Source: Pseudomonadota bacterium
GTDB lineage: Bacteria > Pseudomonadota > Alphaproteobacteria > Rhizobiales > Xanthobacteraceae
Direction: 5' to 3'
DNA length: 64,000 nucleotides
Assembly: GCA_023404705.1 (NCBI GenBank)
Contig: JAEYAU010000092.1
Location: forward strand, 7,527 to 71,526
Below, piece after piece: positions 45,566-57,254 of the stretch. The notes under the pieces are model-generated. The model did no database searches. It worked only from the letters and a program-made list of their open reading frames with translations, and was not told the origin of the DNA. The position numbers were made by a program, and so were the translations under genes. Positions within the stretch are counted from its first letter, which is position 1. Each line of letters begins with the position of its first letter.

Positions 45566-48127
45566 TCACAACTGCAGGCGGCGCCGCCAGAGCGGCTTGA
45601 TCAGCTCGAGGATCAGCAAGAGTGCGAGCCCGGCACCGAGGGTGAGCGCGAGATCATCGTGATGCAACGGGCCGAACCGGAACAGAGTGCTCGCCGCGGG
45701 CCAGACCAGCGTCAGGCCGAGGGTCGTGGCGACCACCAGCAGGATCAACGCGAGGATGGGATTCGGACGTCTGAATGCCGCCAGCAGTGACGTGCTGAAG
45801 GAGCGGTTGATCAGAATAAGACTGACGATGCAGACCACGAGAGAGAAGAAGGTGATCGCGCGCGCCTCGTCCGGCGGCATGCCGCGCGCGAGCGCCACGA
45901 CATAGATCGCCGCGCACAGGGCAAAGGCCAGCGCGCCTTGCAGGACACTCCAGGCGATCAGCGGCCAGGAAAAGAGCGGCTCGTCAGGCGGGCGAGGCGG
46001 ACGGTTCATGACGTCCGCTTCTTCGGTCTCGGCTTCGAAAACCAGCGTGCACACCGGGTCGATCACCATCTCGAGAAACGCGATATGAATCGGACCGAAG
46101 ATGATAGGCAGTCCGAACACGAGCGGCAGAAGGGCGAGGCCGGCGATCGGCACATGCACCGCGAAGATGAATGCCATGGCCTTGCGCAGATTGTCGTAGA
46201 TGCGACGGCCGAGGCGCACCGCGGTCACAATCGATCCAAAATCGTCGTCGAGCAGAACGATGGCGGAGGCCTCGCGCGCCACGTCGGTCCCGCGGCCACC
46301 CATGGCCACGCCGATGTGGGCGGCCTTGAGGGATGGCGCGTCGTTCACGCCGTCGCCCGTCATGGCGACGATATCGCCTCGGCCCTTCAGGGCCTGAACG
46401 ATGCGCAGCTTCTGCTCCGGCATGATGCGCGCGAACACGCTGGTGCGTCCGGCACGGCGCGCAAGCTCGCCGTCGGATAGAGCCTCCACATCCTCCCCGG
46501 TCACGACCTCGGCGGCATCGATCCCGGCCTCGGCCGCAATGGCGCGCGCGGTGGCCGGATAGTCCCCGGTGATCATCACGACGCGGATGCCGGCGGAACG
46601 GCATTCGCGAACGGCCGCGGGCACACTTGGCCGCAACGGATCGGCAAGCCCGACAAGACCGAGAAAGTCGAAACGAAAGCCAAGGGGCGACGCGGGAAGG
46701 CTCTCGCCCACATGGGTCGCCTTCGCCACGGCCAGCACACGTAACCCTTCGCGGGCCATGGCATCGACGGCGTGATGCATCGCGTCTGTGGCGGCACTGT
46801 CGAGACCGCAAAGTCGCGCAATGCTCTCCGGCGCCCCCTTGCTTGCAATCGCCAAGCCGGACTCGTTGTCGTCTCCCTTCCAGGCATGCGTCACGGCGAG
46901 GAGTTCGGGCCGAAGACCGTACCCGTGCACGAGCTTCCATTGAGAATCCAGTGCTCGCGCGGACCCAAGCCCGTCGCGCGCGAAGGCATGAAAGGCCTTC
47001 TCCATCGGATCGAACGGCTCGGGGGCGCTTGCCAGCAAGCCATAAGTGGCCAGCTCGTGGAACGGGCCGGGAATGCCCGCCGCCATGCCGTCGCGGGACC
47101 GGAAGACATTGCCGTCCGGCAGCCGGAGCTCCACGATCGACATCCGGTTTTCGGTGAGGGTGCCGGTCTTGTCCGTGCAGAGCACGGTGGCAGAGCCGAG
47201 CGTCTCGATCGACGCGGCGCGTCGCGTCAGCACGCGTGCGCGCGATATTCGCCAGGCGCCCATCGCCATGAACACGGTCAGCACGACCGGAAATTCCTCC
47301 GGCAGCATCGACATGCCAATGGCGATGCCCGCAAGGAGCGCTTCCAGCCAGCCGCCGCGCAACGTGCAGTAGAGGACGATTGCGACCAGGCTCACGGCCG
47401 CGCCTCCAAGGGCGGCAAGCCGCACCAGGCGCCTGGTCTGGAGCTGCAGCCGCGGCGGCTCCGCTTCAAGCCCGTGAAGCGATTGCCCGATCTTGCCGAT
47501 CTCACTGCGCGCGCCTGTCGACAGGACCTCGGCGAGGCCGCTTCCCCGCACGACCAATGATCCCGAATAGACGAACGGCAAGTCATCGCCGCCAGGCCGC
47601 GCCGGGCCGGCCGGCAGGGTCGTGGCCGCAACCTTGCGGACAGGCACCGATTCTCCGGTGAGCAGGGATTCATCCACTTGGACGTCGTGGCTCTCGCGCA
47701 GCGCGGCATCGGCAGGAACCCGGTCGCCCTCGGAAAGGACCACGAGGTCGCCGCGCACCACCTCGCGGCCGGGGATGCGCTTGCGCTCCCCATCGCGAAC
47801 CACCAGGGCACGCGGGCTTGTGAGATCTCGGAGCGCCTCGAGCACCCGTTCGGTGCGCGTCTCTTGCACGACCGTGATCGCGACCGACAGCATCGCGAAG
47901 GTGAGGAGGATCAGCGATTCCTTGAGGTCGCCGAGCAGGAGATAGATGAGCCCTGCGCCGAGCAGGAGGAGGAGCATCGGCTCGCGCAAGACCTCCAGGA
48001 CGATCCGCAGCGCCGTGCGCCGGTCGGCTCGCGGCAACTCATTGAAGCCCTCGGATTTGAGGCGCAGCTCGGCCTCGGCCACGCTGAGGCCGAGCCTGTT
48101 CGGGGGCGCGTCCTCGTCATTGCTCAT
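45566..48127 (-). CDS. cation-transporting P-type ATPase (P2-type, Ca2+/Mg2+-like)
   Basis: An 853-aa protein with TGESVPV, CTDKTGTLTEN, MITGD and TGDGVNDAPSLK. The ATG overlaps the FNT gene stop (ATGA). Confidence 0.88.
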   Translation of the reverse strand: MSNDEDAPPNRLGLSVAEAELRLKSEGFNELPRADRRTALRIVLEVLREPMLLLLLGAGLIYLLLGDLKESLILLTFAMLSVAITVVQETRTERVLEALRDLTSPRALVVRDGERKRIPGREVVRGDLVVLSEGDRVPADAALRESHDVQVDESLLTGESVPVRKVAATTLPAGPARPGGDDLPFVYSGSLVVRGSGLAEVLSTGARSEIGKIGQSLHGLEAEPPRLQLQTRRLVRLAALGGAAVSLVAIVLYCTLRGGWLEALLAGIAIGMSMLPEEFPVVLTVFMAMGAWRISRARVLTRRAASIETLGSATVLCTDKTGTLTENRMSIVELRLPDGNVFRSRDGMAAGIPGPFHELATYGLLASAPEPFDPMEKAFHAFARDGLGSARALDSQWKLVHGYGLRPELLAVTHAWKGDDNESGLAIASKGAPESIARLCGLDSAATDAMHHAVDAMAREGLRVLAVAKATHVGESLPASPLGFRFDFLGLVGLADPLRPSVPAAVRECRSAGIRVVMITGDYPATARAIAAEAGIDAAEVVTGEDVEALSDGELARRAGRTSVFARIMPEQKLRIVQALKGRGDIVAMTGDGVNDAPSLKAAHIGVAMGGRGTDVAREASAIVLLDDDFGSIVTAVRLGRRIYDNLRKAMAFIFAVHVPIAGLALLPLVFGLPIIFGPIHIAFLEMVIDPVCTLVFEAETEEADVMNRPPRPPDEPLFSWPLIAWSVLQGALAFALCAAIYVVALARGMPPDEARAITFFSLVVCIVSLILINRSFSTSLLAAFRRPNPILALILLVVATTLGLTLVWPAASTLFRFGPLHHDDLALTLGAGLALLLILELIKPLWRRRLQL

Positions 48128-49008
48128 GCGTCGGAAGGCGTCCGGCTCGGGCTGGGTCGGAGGTAGACAAACCAGTAGACGACGCCGACAAGGACACCGC
48201 CACCCACAACATTACCGATCGTCACCGGGATCAAGCTCCAGAAGAATGCGGGCCAGCTCAGATCAGCCACATGGGCAGTCGAGACCGAGCCCAGGGCGCT
48301 CGGTCCCCAATCCCTGATCATCATGCCGAGCGGTATGAGGTACATGTTCGCCACCGAGTGCTCAAATCCGGCGGCGACAAACGCTGCGACCGGAAACAGA
48401 ACCGCGAGCACCTTGTCGGCGGTCGTGCGCGCGCCGATGGACAGCCAGACCGCGAGGCAGACTAGAACATTGCAGAGGATGCCCAGGAAGAATGCCCGGC
48501 CGAATGGAAGGGCGGCTTTGGAGGACGCGATCGATACGGCGATCTCGGCGACGACACCATCACCCGACAAGTGCTGACCCGAAAGGAAGACGAGGACCGC
48601 GGTTCCGAACGCGCCGACAAAGTTGCCGACATAGACGATGAGCCATGCCCGCAGCATTTCCAGGCCGGTGATCTTGCGCGCAGCCAAGGCCATGACCATC
48701 AGTGTGTTGCCGGTGAACAATTCGGCTCCGCCGACAACCACCAGGATCAGCCCCAGCGAGAACACGAGCCCGGCGAAGAGTCGCGTGATGCCGAACGGAA
48801 GCACCCCATCGGCGCCGGCCATGACGGTGGTGGCGAACATCGCTCCAAGGCCGATGAACGCCCCCGCCAACATCGACAGAACGACAAGTCTCGAGAGGTC
48901 CAGGCGCGCCTTTTGGGCGCCGATCGTCTCTGCCTTCTGCGCGATCTCGGCCGGAAGAAGCGCATCGATCACGAAGCGTGGTTCTGGAGGGCGCATATTC
49001 TCATCCAT
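48124..49008 (-). CDS. formate/nitrite transporter (FNT) family channel
   Basis: GAELFTGN, FFLGILCNVLVCLAVW and AAGFEHSVANMY are FNT signatures. The substrate cannot be told from the sequence alone. Confidence 0.85.
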   Translation of the reverse strand: MDENMRPPEPRFVIDALLPAEIAQKAETIGAQKARLDLSRLVVLSMLAGAFIGLGAMFATTVMAGADGVLPFGITRLFAGLVFSLGLILVVVGGAELFTGNTLMVMALAARKITGLEMLRAWLIVYVGNFVGAFGTAVLVFLSGQHLSGDGVVAEIAVSIASSKAALPFGRAFFLGILCNVLVCLAVWLSIGARTTADKVLAVLFPVAAFVAAGFEHSVANMYLIPLGMMIRDWGPSALGSVSTAHVADLSWPAFFWSLIPVTIGNVVGGGVLVGVVYWFVYLRPSPSRTPSDA

Positions 49009-49176
49009 CGGGTCTTCCCTTGAGCGACGCGTTCGTGGAGGGGGCGGCTGTCGGAGGAAGGAAGCTTACGCCAGTTGCAAGTGACTCGAGAACTTCTCGG
49101 TTCGCGCGCGGTCGATTGAACGCGCGCCGCGCCGGCTGCGACAGAGACATGTCGGACCGCATCCCGAGAGCCGTTC

Positions 49177-49773
49177 ATGCACCCCAGAATCACGGACGTT
49201 CAGGCGACGCTGAGATACAGCCGCGAGAAGATGGGCCTGAAGCAGCTCGCCATCGGCGTGGTCGCCTTGTTCCTCGGCCTCGCCATCGTGATGTACAGCA
49301 CGGACCGCCAGCTCCTGCTGCCGGGCTATGTGGCGCTGATCCTCGGCGCCGGCCTCACGGCCTACGAGTTCTACAAGACCGCCAATCCCGGTAAGCCGCC
49401 GCTCGAGCTCACCCCGCAGGGCATCTTCTTCCGCATCGAAGGCCTGAAGGAGATCGTCATCCCGTGGCACCAGGTGCGTGGTGTCGAGACCGTCGATGTC
49501 GAGCGCAATGGCACCACCTTTCGCGACGTGACGGTCGCGCTGGTGTCGAAGCGCTTTTACGATCGGGCCATCCACACGGACTCGATTCTGCGCGGCCCGG
49601 GCTGGGAAAGCACGTTCATTCCGGTGGGCGACATGGTGCGGGTCGCATTTCACACCGAGCTCCTGCCGGCGACGCGGGAGGAGCTGCGCGCCGCCATCGA
49701 GACGCGCTGGCTCGCTTTCCGCGACGCCAAGCCTGCAGCGGCCGCCCCACGGTCCTCCGGCGAAGCCGCCTAG
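49177..49773 (+). CDS. hypothetical membrane protein (two TM + soluble C-terminal domain)
   Basis: ORF 49177..49773 with GC3-rich codons. The TM segments are LAIGVVALFLGLAIVMY and LLLPGYVALILGAGLTAY. Confidence 0.5.
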   Translation: MHPRITDVQATLRYSREKMGLKQLAIGVVALFLGLAIVMYSTDRQLLLPGYVALILGAGLTAYEFYKTANPGKPPLELTPQGIFFRIEGLKEIVIPWHQVRGVETVDVERNGTTFRDVTVALVSKRFYDRAIHTDSILRGPGWESTFIPVGDMVRVAFHTELLPATREELRAAIETRWLAFRDAKPAAAAPRSSGEAA

Positions 49774-49860
49774 GCCTGCCGGACCCAATCCCTTCTCCCG
49801 GCGTTGATGCGTCGTGGCGGTGCGGCATGGGACCGCCACCTGACCTTCAAAGGAGGGACC

Positions 49861-51045
49861 TTGAGCAGGCCAGCAGCGCGCCTCCTGATCGTGGCGCTGA
49901 TCGCCATCTTTGCGGTGGCGGGCGGATATATGTGGCTGCGGCGCGACACCGGCCGGGCCGCGCCGGCGCCTGCCGCCGCGCAGCCGCCCGAGGTCGGCGT
50001 CACGCAGGTGCAGGCCGCCGAAGTGCCGCTGCCGGCCGAATATGCGGGCCGTGTCGTGGGTCTGCGCAACGTGGAGGTGCGAGCGCGGGTCGGAGGTGTC
50101 CTGCTGGAGCGCGCCTTCCAGGAGGGCACGCGGGTGAAGCAGGGCGACGCGCTGTTTCGCCTCGATCCCGCGCCCTATCGGGTCGCGCTCGACCGCGCCA
50201 ATGCGCAGCTCGCGCAGGCGCAGGCGACGCAGCGCCAGGCGGTGGAGAATTTCGCGCGCATCGAGGAGCTCTCCCGCCGCAATGTCGCGACCGAAAAGCA
50301 GCTCGATGATGCACGCGCCGCGCGCGATCAGGCTGACGCTTCGGTGAAGCTCGCCCGGGCCGAGGTCGAAGCCGCCAATCTCAATCTCGGCTACACCACC
50401 ATCACGGCGCCGGTTGCGGGCAGCACCAGCCTCGATGTGCCGGCGGTCGGCACGCTGGTGCAGGCGCAGCAGACGCTGCTCACGACCATCACGCCGCTCG
50501 ATCCCGCCTATGTGAGCTTCTCCGTCACGGACGAGGAATATCGCGGCTTCCGGGCGATGAACGAGACGCGTGCCACGCCTATTCGCGCAGAAGATTTGTC
50601 GGTCACGCTGACCTTCGGAGCCGGCGCGCCTTATGCGCAGCGCGGACGCATCGACGTCTCGGCGAACAATGTCGATGCCAGCACCGGCACGATCCAGATC
50701 CGGGCGACCTTTCCCAATCCCGACGGTGTGCTGCTGCCGGGCCAGTTCGTGCGGCTGCAGATCAGCGGTGTGACGCTGCCGGATGCGATCAGCATTCCCA
50801 AGCGCGCCGTCTCGCAGGGGCCGCAAGGTCCGTTCGTCTACGTCCTGGATGCCGGCGACATCGCGCGGGCGCGGCCGATCCGGCTCGGGCAGGAGCTCGC
50901 GACCGACTGGGTCGTGCAGGACGGCCTCAAGAGCGGCGAGCGCGTCGTGGTGGACGGCCTGATCCGCGTGCGCCCGGGCGCGCCCGTCAAGCCGGCCGCA
51001 GTGGCCGAACGGGCCGGGCAGGGCACCACCGGAGCCGCGCAGTGA
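49861..51045 (+). CDS. RND efflux periplasmic adaptor (membrane fusion protein)
   Basis: Typical MFP coiled-coil and lipoyl motifs ([28 protein letters not shown]). I prefer the TTG at 49861, directly preceded by AAGGAGGG. The ORF track start is 49804. Confidence 0.85.
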   Translation: MSRPAARLLIVALIAIFAVAGGYMWLRRDTGRAAPAPAAAQPPEVGVTQVQAAEVPLPAEYAGRVVGLRNVEVRARVGGVLLERAFQEGTRVKQGDALFRLDPAPYRVALDRANAQLAQAQATQRQAVENFARIEELSRRNVATEKQLDDARAARDQADASVKLARAEVEAANLNLGYTTITAPVAGSTSLDVPAVGTLVQAQQTLLTTITPLDPAYVSFSVTDEEYRGFRAMNETRATPIRAEDLSVTLTFGAGAPYAQRGRIDVSANNVDASTGTIQIRATFPNPDGVLLPGQFVRLQISGVTLPDAISIPKRAVSQGPQGPFVYVLDAGDIARARPIRLGQELATDWVVQDGLKSGERVVVDGLIRVRPGAPVKPAAVAERAGQGTTGAAQ

Positions 51046-54000
51046 TCTCGCGCTTCTTCATCGACCGGCCGGTTTTCGCCTCGGTGCTGTCGATCGTCAT
51101 CGTGCTCGTCGGCCTGGTGGCGATGCGCGTGCTGCCGGTCGCGCAGTATCCGCAGATCGTGCCGCCGACCGTCGTCGTCTCGGCGAGCTATCCGGGGGCG
51201 AGCGCGCAGACTATCGCCGAGACGGTGGCGGCGCCGCTCGAGCAGCAGATCAACGGCGTCGAGCGCATGATCTACATGCAATCGACCTCGACGGGCTCGG
51301 GCACCATGCGGATCACGATCTCCTTCGAGATCGGCACCAATCCCGACCAGGCCGTGATCAACGTCAACAACCGGGTGCAGCGCGCGGCGCCGCTGCTGCC
51401 CGCCGAGGTCTCGCGCCAGGGCGTGACGGTGCAGAGCCGCTCGGGCTCGATCCTGGAGATCGTCGCGCTGTCCTCGCCGGGCGGGCGCTACGATCCGAAG
51501 TTCATGAGCAATTATGCGCTCGTGAACATCATCGACGAGCTGCGCCGCGTGCCGGGCGTGGGCGACGCCTCGCTGTTCGGCGCCACGGACTACTCGATGC
51601 GCGTCTGGCTGCGGCCCGACAAGGTCGCGCAATACCGGCTCACGCCGAGCGACGTCGCGGCCGCGATCCGGGAGCAGAACGCGCAGTTCGCGGCCGGCCG
51701 CTTCGCCGAGGAGCCGATGAGCGCGAACGAGCCGTTCACTTATTCCGTGACCACCCGCGGGCGCCTGGCTGATCCCCGCGAGTTCGAGAACATCATTCTG
51801 CGCTCGGACGAGAACGGCGCCGCCCTGCGGCTCAAGGACGTGGCGAGCGTAGAGCTTGGCTCGCTGACCTACTCGTTCTCGGCGACCCTGAACGGCGATC
51901 CCGTGGTGCCGATCGGCGTCTACCTGCAGTCGGGCGCGAACGCCCTCGATGTCTCGGCGCGCGTCAAGGAGGCCATGGATGCCATGGCGACGCGCTTCCC
52001 CGAGGGGCTGCGTTACGATGTGCCGTTCACGACCACACGCTTCGTCGAGGTGTCGATCCAGGAGGTGATCCGCACCTTCATCGAGGCGCTCGTGCTGGTC
52101 GTCCTGGTCGTCTTCGTCTTCCTGCAGAACTGGCGCGCGACCTTGATCCCGGTGCTCGCCGTGCCGGTGTCGATCATCGGCTCCTTCGCGGGCATGTATC
52201 TGCTCGGTTTCTCGATCAACCTGCTCACGCTGTTTGGGCTCGTGCTCGCCATCGGCATCGTGGTGGACGATGCCATCGTGGTGATCGAGAACGTCGAGCG
52301 CATCATGCGCAGCGAAGGAAAGTCGCCGCGCGACGCGGCGATCAAGGCGATGGAGGAGGTGAGCGGGCCCGTCATCGCCATCGTGCTGGTGCTGTGCGCG
52401 GTGTTCATCCCGGTGTCGTTCCTGGGCGGGCTCGCGGGCGAGCTCTACCGGCAGTTCGCGGTGACGATCGCGGTGTCGGTCGTCGTTTCGGGCATCGTCG
52501 CGCTCACGCTCTCGCCGGCGCTCGCCGCGCTGCTGCTCAAGCCCACGCATGCGGAGCCGTGGGCTCCCTTCCGCTGGTTCAACCGCGGCTTCGACTGGCT
52601 CGCCGAGCGCTACACCATGGGTGTCGCGCTGTTCATGCGCCGCGGACTGGTCTCGCTCGCGATCGTCGCCGTGATGCTGGGCGCGACCTGGCTCCTGTTC
52701 CAGCGCGTGCCCGGCGGGCTGGTGCCGCAGGAAGACCAGGGCAGCGTGTTCCTGGTCACGACGCTGCCGCCCGCCGCCTCGCTCGACCGCACGCGGGCCG
52801 TGACCGAGAAGGTGACACAGGGCGCGATGGCGAACCCGGCGGTCGCCAATGTGGTGACGCTGTCCGGCTTCGATCTGCTGGCGGGCGCGCAGCAGACCTA
52901 TGCGGGCGTTTCCTTCGTCAGCCTCAAGGACTGGTCCGAGCGCACCGATCCGGCGCAAGACGCCCGCCGCCTCGCGCCGGCCTTCGCGGGCCTCAATGCG
53001 GGCCTGCGCGACGGAATGGTGATCGGCTTCAATCCGCCGCCGATCCAGGGCATCAGTACGACCGGCGGCGTCGAAGCCTTCCTGCAGGACCGCACCGGCG
53101 GCACGCTCGAAAGCCTCGCCGACGCCGCGAACCGTGTGGTCGCGGCGGCGAGCCAGCGCTCCGAGCTCACGGGTGTGCGCACCACCTTCAGCACCGCGGT
53201 GCCGCAATATCGCGTCGACGTCGACCGCGAGAAAGCGAAGGCGCTCGGCGTGCCGATCCCTACCGTGTTCGAGGCGATGCAGAGCACCTTCGGCAGCCTC
53301 TACGTGAACGACTTCACCCTGTTCGGCCGCACCTATCGGGTCAGCCAGTCCTCCGAGGAGCAGTTCCGCCGCTCGCCCGAGGATCTGCGTCACGTGTTCG
53401 TGCGCTCAGCGAGCGGCGCGATGGTGCCGCTGAACGTGCTGGTGAAGGCCGAGCGGATCGTCGGCCCCGACGCGGTCGATCGCTTCAACATCTTCCCGGC
53501 CGCCAAGATCATGGCCAATCCGGCGCCCGGGATCTCGTCCGGCCAGGCGATCGCGGCGATGCAGGATGTGGTGAGCAAGACGCTGCCGGCCGGCTACACC
53601 ATCGCGTGGACGGGATCCGCCTATCAGGAGCTCGCGAGCGCCGGCACCGGCTATCAGGGATTTCTGCTCGGTGTGCTGATGGTGTTCCTCATCCTGGCGG
53701 CGCTCTACGAGCGCTGGTCGCTGCCGCTCGCCGTGGTGACGGCCGTGCCCTTCGCGGTGTTCGGCGCGATCGTCGCGATCTGGCTGCGCGGCATCGAGAA
53801 CGACATCTATTTCCAGGTCGGGCTCGTCACGCTGATCGGGCTCTCGGCCAAGAACGCCATTCTGATCGTGGAGTTTGCGCTCGAGCGCTACCGCGCCGGC
53901 ATGAGCGCCTACGACTCCGCGATCGAGGCGGCCCGCCTGCGTTTCCGTCCCATCATCATGACCTCGCTCGCCTTCATCCTCGGCGTGCTGCCGCTCGCCA

Positions 54001-54173
54001 TCAGCAGCGGCGCTGGGTCGGCCAGCCGACATTCGATCGGCACCGGCGTCGTCGGCGGCATGCTGGCCGCGACCGGCCTCGCGATCCTCTTCGTTCCCTA
54101 CTTCTTCACGCTGCTCACGCGGCGACGCCGCGGCGAAGCGCCGGCGCAGCAGGTGAATGCGCCCGCGGAGTAG
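51042..54173 (+). CDS. RND multidrug efflux transporter (AcrB/MexB family)
   Basis: A 1043-aa protein starting [23 protein letters not shown], with 12 TM segments and two large periplasmic loops. Its GTG start overlaps the adaptor stop. Confidence 0.9.
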   Translation: MISRFFIDRPVFASVLSIVIVLVGLVAMRVLPVAQYPQIVPPTVVVSASYPGASAQTIAETVAAPLEQQINGVERMIYMQSTSTGSGTMRITISFEIGTNPDQAVINVNNRVQRAAPLLPAEVSRQGVTVQSRSGSILEIVALSSPGGRYDPKFMSNYALVNIIDELRRVPGVGDASLFGATDYSMRVWLRPDKVAQYRLTPSDVAAAIREQNAQFAAGRFAEEPMSANEPFTYSVTTRGRLADPREFENIILRSDENGAALRLKDVASVELGSLTYSFSATLNGDPVVPIGVYLQSGANALDVSARVKEAMDAMATRFPEGLRYDVPFTTTRFVEVSIQEVIRTFIEALVLVVLVVFVFLQNWRATLIPVLAVPVSIIGSFAGMYLLGFSINLLTLFGLVLAIGIVVDDAIVVIENVERIMRSEGKSPRDAAIKAMEEVSGPVIAIVLVLCAVFIPVSFLGGLAGELYRQFAVTIAVSVVVSGIVALTLSPALAALLLKPTHAEPWAPFRWFNRGFDWLAERYTMGVALFMRRGLVSLAIVAVMLGATWLLFQRVPGGLVPQEDQGSVFLVTTLPPAASLDRTRAVTEKVTQGAMANPAVANVVTLSGFDLLAGAQQTYAGVSFVSLKDWSERTDPAQDARRLAPAFAGLNAGLRDGMVIGFNPPPIQGISTTGGVEAFLQDRTGGTLESLADAANRVVAAASQRSELTGVRTTFSTAVPQYRVDVDREKAKALGVPIPTVFEAMQSTFGSLYVNDFTLFGRTYRVSQSSEEQFRRSPEDLRHVFVRSASGAMVPLNVLVKAERIVGPDAVDRFNIFPAAKIMANPAPGISSGQAIAAMQDVVSKTLPAGYTIAWTGSAYQELASAGTGYQGFLLGVLMVFLILAALYERWSLPLAVVTAVPFAVFGAIVAIWLRGIENDIYFQVGLVTLIGLSAKNAILIVEFALERYRAGMSAYDSAIEAARLRFRPIIMTSLAFILGVLPLAISSGAGSASRHSIGTGVVGGMLAATGLAILFVPYFFTLLTRRRRGEAPAQQVNAPAE

Positions 54174-54232
54174 AGGAACATTCCTCCGCGCCTGCAATCG
54201 CGTGGCCGTGCCTAAAGGGCGCTAAGCCCTTC

Positions 54233-54395
54233 GTAGGGTGTGCACGTCGGCCCAGGCCTGTCGGTTATCGATTGAAGTTGCGTCCGACGTGCGCGCGCGT
54301 CGGGCTTCCCAGCTTGCGCCGACGCCGCGCGTGCGCTCGGCGCGAGCAGGGCTCTCGAGAGCTCGCGACGCCTCGGCGCGCCGAGCACACCCTAC
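54233..54395 (-). repeat. MITE/REP-like palindromic element, copy 2
   Basis: It has the same terminal inverted repeats GTAGGGTGTGC...GAGCACACCCTAC as 12667..12797. On the minus strand it starts on the nucleotide after the hydrolase stop codon. Confidence 0.6.
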
Positions 54396-55394
54396 TCAGC
54401 CCCGATACACCGGCGCGGGCTGGGTGAAGAAGCTCCAGAGGATGTGATAGACCAACTGGTAGTTCTTCTGCTGGAAGCTCGCATGCGCGATGCCGGGCAT
54501 CACGGCGAAGTGCTTGTCCGGGTTGGGCAGGCGTTTGAAGAACTCCACCAGGTCATCGAAGCTTGCGATGCCATCCCATTGGCCCCGCATGATCATGGTC
54601 GGCACCGTGATCTTCTCGGGGTCGACCACGGGCAGCTTCGAGGTCATGTCCACATAGGTCCCGGTCGGCACCGAGTTGTCGAGCGCGAGGATCGCATCCG
54701 CGAAGGCTTCGACGGTCTCCTTGTCCGCCGTGCCCGGATGGTCGCGGTTGAAGATCGAGTGCACGAAGGCGCGGTCGATCGGTCGGCGGTTCTTGGCCTG
54801 ATACTCGGGCAGGCGCTTCTTGCGGTCCGCGAGGGTGGGGCTGCCTTCGCCGGTCCACACCATGGCGTCGAGCGCGAGGCGCGCCACAAGCTCCGGATGG
54901 CGCTGCGCAAACAAGGCTGCGCGCAAGGCGCCTGACGAGATGCCGTAGACCATGAGCGGGCGGCCGCCGAGCTTGCCGATATAGCTCGCGGCGGCGGCGC
55001 AATCGTCGGCGCCGCGGGAGATGTCCGCATTGTTGTCGCGGTCCTTGGTGGAGCGGCCATAGCCCTCCACGTCAACGCTCCAGCATTCGAAGCCGCGCCG
55101 GGCGAACCAGTCCATGGCGGAGGAATCGGGCCGCCCCGGGACCACCAGGTCGAAGGTCGGCTGCGAGGCCATGGAGGAGCCGTGCACGAAGAGAATCGTG
55201 CCGGCGCTGCGGTCCGGCCCCTGTTTCTGCCAGAGGAACAGCCGCGCGCCATCGCGCTCGGTGAAGTGCTCGGCGCCTTTGATGGGCTCGCTCATGGGGG
55301 ATCCTCGGGTATCGGCGGCAGCAGACTTGGCGCCGGCCCAGGCGGCGGCGAGCGCCGCGGCTTTCAGCACGGCACGACGATGCCAAGGGGTCAT
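54396..55394 (-). CDS. alpha/beta hydrolase with twin-arginine signal
   Basis: The ATG at 55394 follows [29 protein letters not shown] is followed by HGSSM and the nucleophile elbow GISSGA. Confidence 0.72.
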   Translation of the reverse strand: MTPWHRRAVLKAAALAAAWAGAKSAAADTRGSPMSEPIKGAEHFTERDGARLFLWQKQGPDRSAGTILFVHGSSMASQPTFDLVVPGRPDSSAMDWFARRGFECWSVDVEGYGRSTKDRDNNADISRGADDCAAAASYIGKLGGRPLMVYGISSGALRAALFAQRHPELVARLALDAMVWTGEGSPTLADRKKRLPEYQAKNRRPIDRAFVHSIFNRDHPGTADKETVEAFADAILALDNSVPTGTYVDMTSKLPVVDPEKITVPTMIMRGQWDGIASFDDLVEFFKRLPNPDKHFAVMPGIAHASFQQKNYQLVYHILWSFFTQPAPVYRG

Positions 55395-55694
55395 GACATC
55401 CTCCCTTGTGACGGGCGCTGCTTGCACCTCTTGTTGCGTCAGGCCCGCCATGATCGTGGCGCCTGCAGGCCGCTGTCAATCGGGGGTCAGAGGCCCGTGC
55501 GCATGCGGCCGGCCACTGAAATACTGCACATTTTTGCATGCGCGTCGGCTTGCCACCCCTTGTGCGCTGCGCTAATCCACGCGCACTCGCCCTGGACCGA
55601 ATCCAAACTGGAAAAGGGGCGATTCCATTGGGGGTTGGCGGGTCCCGATGGCGTTCTCGGCCGGACCCGTCCGGCCCTCGAATCGAGGTCGGCG

Positions 55695-56060
55695 ATGAGC
55701 GAGCTTCTGCAGGCCTATCTGCCCCTCGTGGTGTTCATCGGCGTCTCTGCCGCCATCGGCCTCGCGCTGCTGATCGCGCCCTTCATCGTCGCCTACAAGC
55801 AGCCCGATCCCGAGAAGCTCTCGGCCTACGAGTGCGGCTTCAACGCGTTCGACGATGCGCGCATGAAGTTCGACGTGCGGTTCTATCTCGTCGCCATCCT
55901 CTTCATCATCTTCGACCTCGAGGTGTCGTTCCTGTTCCCCTGGGCGGTGGCCTTCGGCGAGCTCGGCACCTTCGGCTTCTGGTCGATGATGATCTTCCTT
56001 GCGGTGCTGACGATCGGGTTTATCTACGAATGGAAGAAGGGGGCGCTCGAATGGGATTGA
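55695..56060 (+). CDS. nuoA: NADH-quinone oxidoreductase subunit A
   Basis: [22 protein letters not shown]...YECGF...[14 protein letters not shown]. Confidence 0.9.
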   Translation: MSELLQAYLPLVVFIGVSAAIGLALLIAPFIVAYKQPDPEKLSAYECGFNAFDDARMKFDVRFYLVAILFIIFDLEVSFLFPWAVAFGELGTFGFWSMMIFLAVLTIGFIYEWKKGALEWD

Positions 56061-56067
56061 CGAGCGC

Positions 56068-56631
56068 ATGAGCACAGTCGTCGCACCGGCCCCGAAGGGC
56101 ATTCTGGATCCGCGTACGGGAAAACCCGTAGGCGCGGACGATCCGTATTTCGTCGGCCTCAACAACGAGCTCGCCGACAAGGGCTTCCTGGTCACGGCTA
56201 CGGATGAGCTGATCACCTGGGCGCGCACCGGCTCGCTCATGTGGATGACATTCGGTCTCGCCTGCTGCGCGGTCGAGATGATGCAGATGTCGATGCCGCG
56301 CTACGACGCCGAGCGTTTCGGCTTCGCGCCGCGCGCGAGCCCGCGCCAGTCCGACGTGATGATCGTCGCGGGCACGCTCACCAACAAGATGGCTCCCGCT
56401 CTCCGCAAGGTCTACGACCAGATGCCGGAGCCGCGCTACGTCATCTCCATGGGCAGCTGCGCCAACGGCGGCGGTTACTACCATTACTCCTATTCGGTGG
56501 TGCGCGGCTGCGATCGCATCGTGCCGATCGACATCTATGTGCCGGGCTGTCCGCCGACCGCCGAGGCGCTGCTCTACGGCGTGCTGCTCCTGCAGAAGAA
56601 GATCCGCCGCATCGGCACCATCGAGCGGTGA
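56068..56631 (+). CDS. nuoB: NADH-quinone oxidoreductase subunit B
   Basis: [22 protein letters not shown] and GCPP are the N2 cluster ligand motifs. Confidence 0.92.
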   Translation: MSTVVAPAPKGILDPRTGKPVGADDPYFVGLNNELADKGFLVTATDELITWARTGSLMWMTFGLACCAVEMMQMSMPRYDAERFGFAPRASPRQSDVMIVAGTLTNKMAPALRKVYDQMPEPRYVISMGSCANGGGYYHYSYSVVRGCDRIVPIDIYVPGCPPTAEALLYGVLLLQKKIRRIGTIER

Positions 56632-56640
56632 GGGATTTCC

Positions 56641-57252
56641 ATGGACGAGACTCTCAAGGAACTCGGCGAGGCGATCCTTGCTGCGCTGCCTGACGCGGTT
56701 CTCGGCTATCAGGTCGCTTTCGGCGAGCTGACGGTCAGCGCCAAGGCCGCCGCAATTCCGAAGGTCGCGAAATTCCTGCGCGACGACGGACGCTGCCAGT
56801 TCTGGAGCATCATTGACGTGACGGCCGTGGACTGGCCGGCACGCGAGAAGCGCTTCGACGTCGTCTATCACTTCCTCTCGCCGAAGCAGAACCTGCGCAT
56901 CCGCGTGAAGATCGAGACCGACGAGGTCACGGCGGTGCCGTCGCTGATCGGCGTCTTCCCGGGTGCCGACTGGTTCGAGCGCGAGGCCTACGACCTCTAC
57001 GGCGTGCTGTTCACGGGCCATCCCGACATGCGCCGCCTGCTCACGGATTACGGCTTCGAGGGTTATCCGCTGCGCAAAGACTTCCCGCTCACTGGCTTCG
57101 TCGAGGTGCGCTACGACGACGAGCAGAAGCGCGTGGTCTACGAGCCGGTGCGGCTCGCCCAGGAATTCCGCAACTTCGACTTCCTGTCGCCGTGGGAAGG
57201 GCCGGACTATCCGCTGCCCGGGGACGAGAAGGCCGAGCAGAAGCCGGGCTGA
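56641..57252 (+). CDS. nuoC: NADH-quinone oxidoreductase subunit C
   Basis: [44 protein letters not shown]. Confidence 0.92.
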   Translation: MDETLKELGEAILAALPDAVLGYQVAFGELTVSAKAAAIPKVAKFLRDDGRCQFWSIIDVTAVDWPAREKRFDVVYHFLSPKQNLRIRVKIETDEVTAVPSLIGVFPGADWFEREAYDLYGVLFTGHPDMRRLLTDYGFEGYPLRKDFPLTGFVEVRYDDEQKRVVYEPVRLAQEFRNFDFLSPWEGPDYPLPGDEKAEQKPG

Positions 57253-57254
57253 CC

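Noticed and set aside
45414-45662. An 82-aa + strand ORF in the gap between the CxxC protein gene and the ATPase gene.
   Set aside because: It has no RBS and an odd composition. It runs straight through a strong intrinsic terminator and into the antisense strand of the ATPase gene. The region is better explained as a non-coding RNA.
55549-55576. A possible sigma70-type nuo promoter (CTTGCC-N16-GCTAAT) upstream of nuoA.
   Set aside because: It matches an alphaproteobacterial consensus only loosely, and I have no supporting evidence. I did not report it as a feature.
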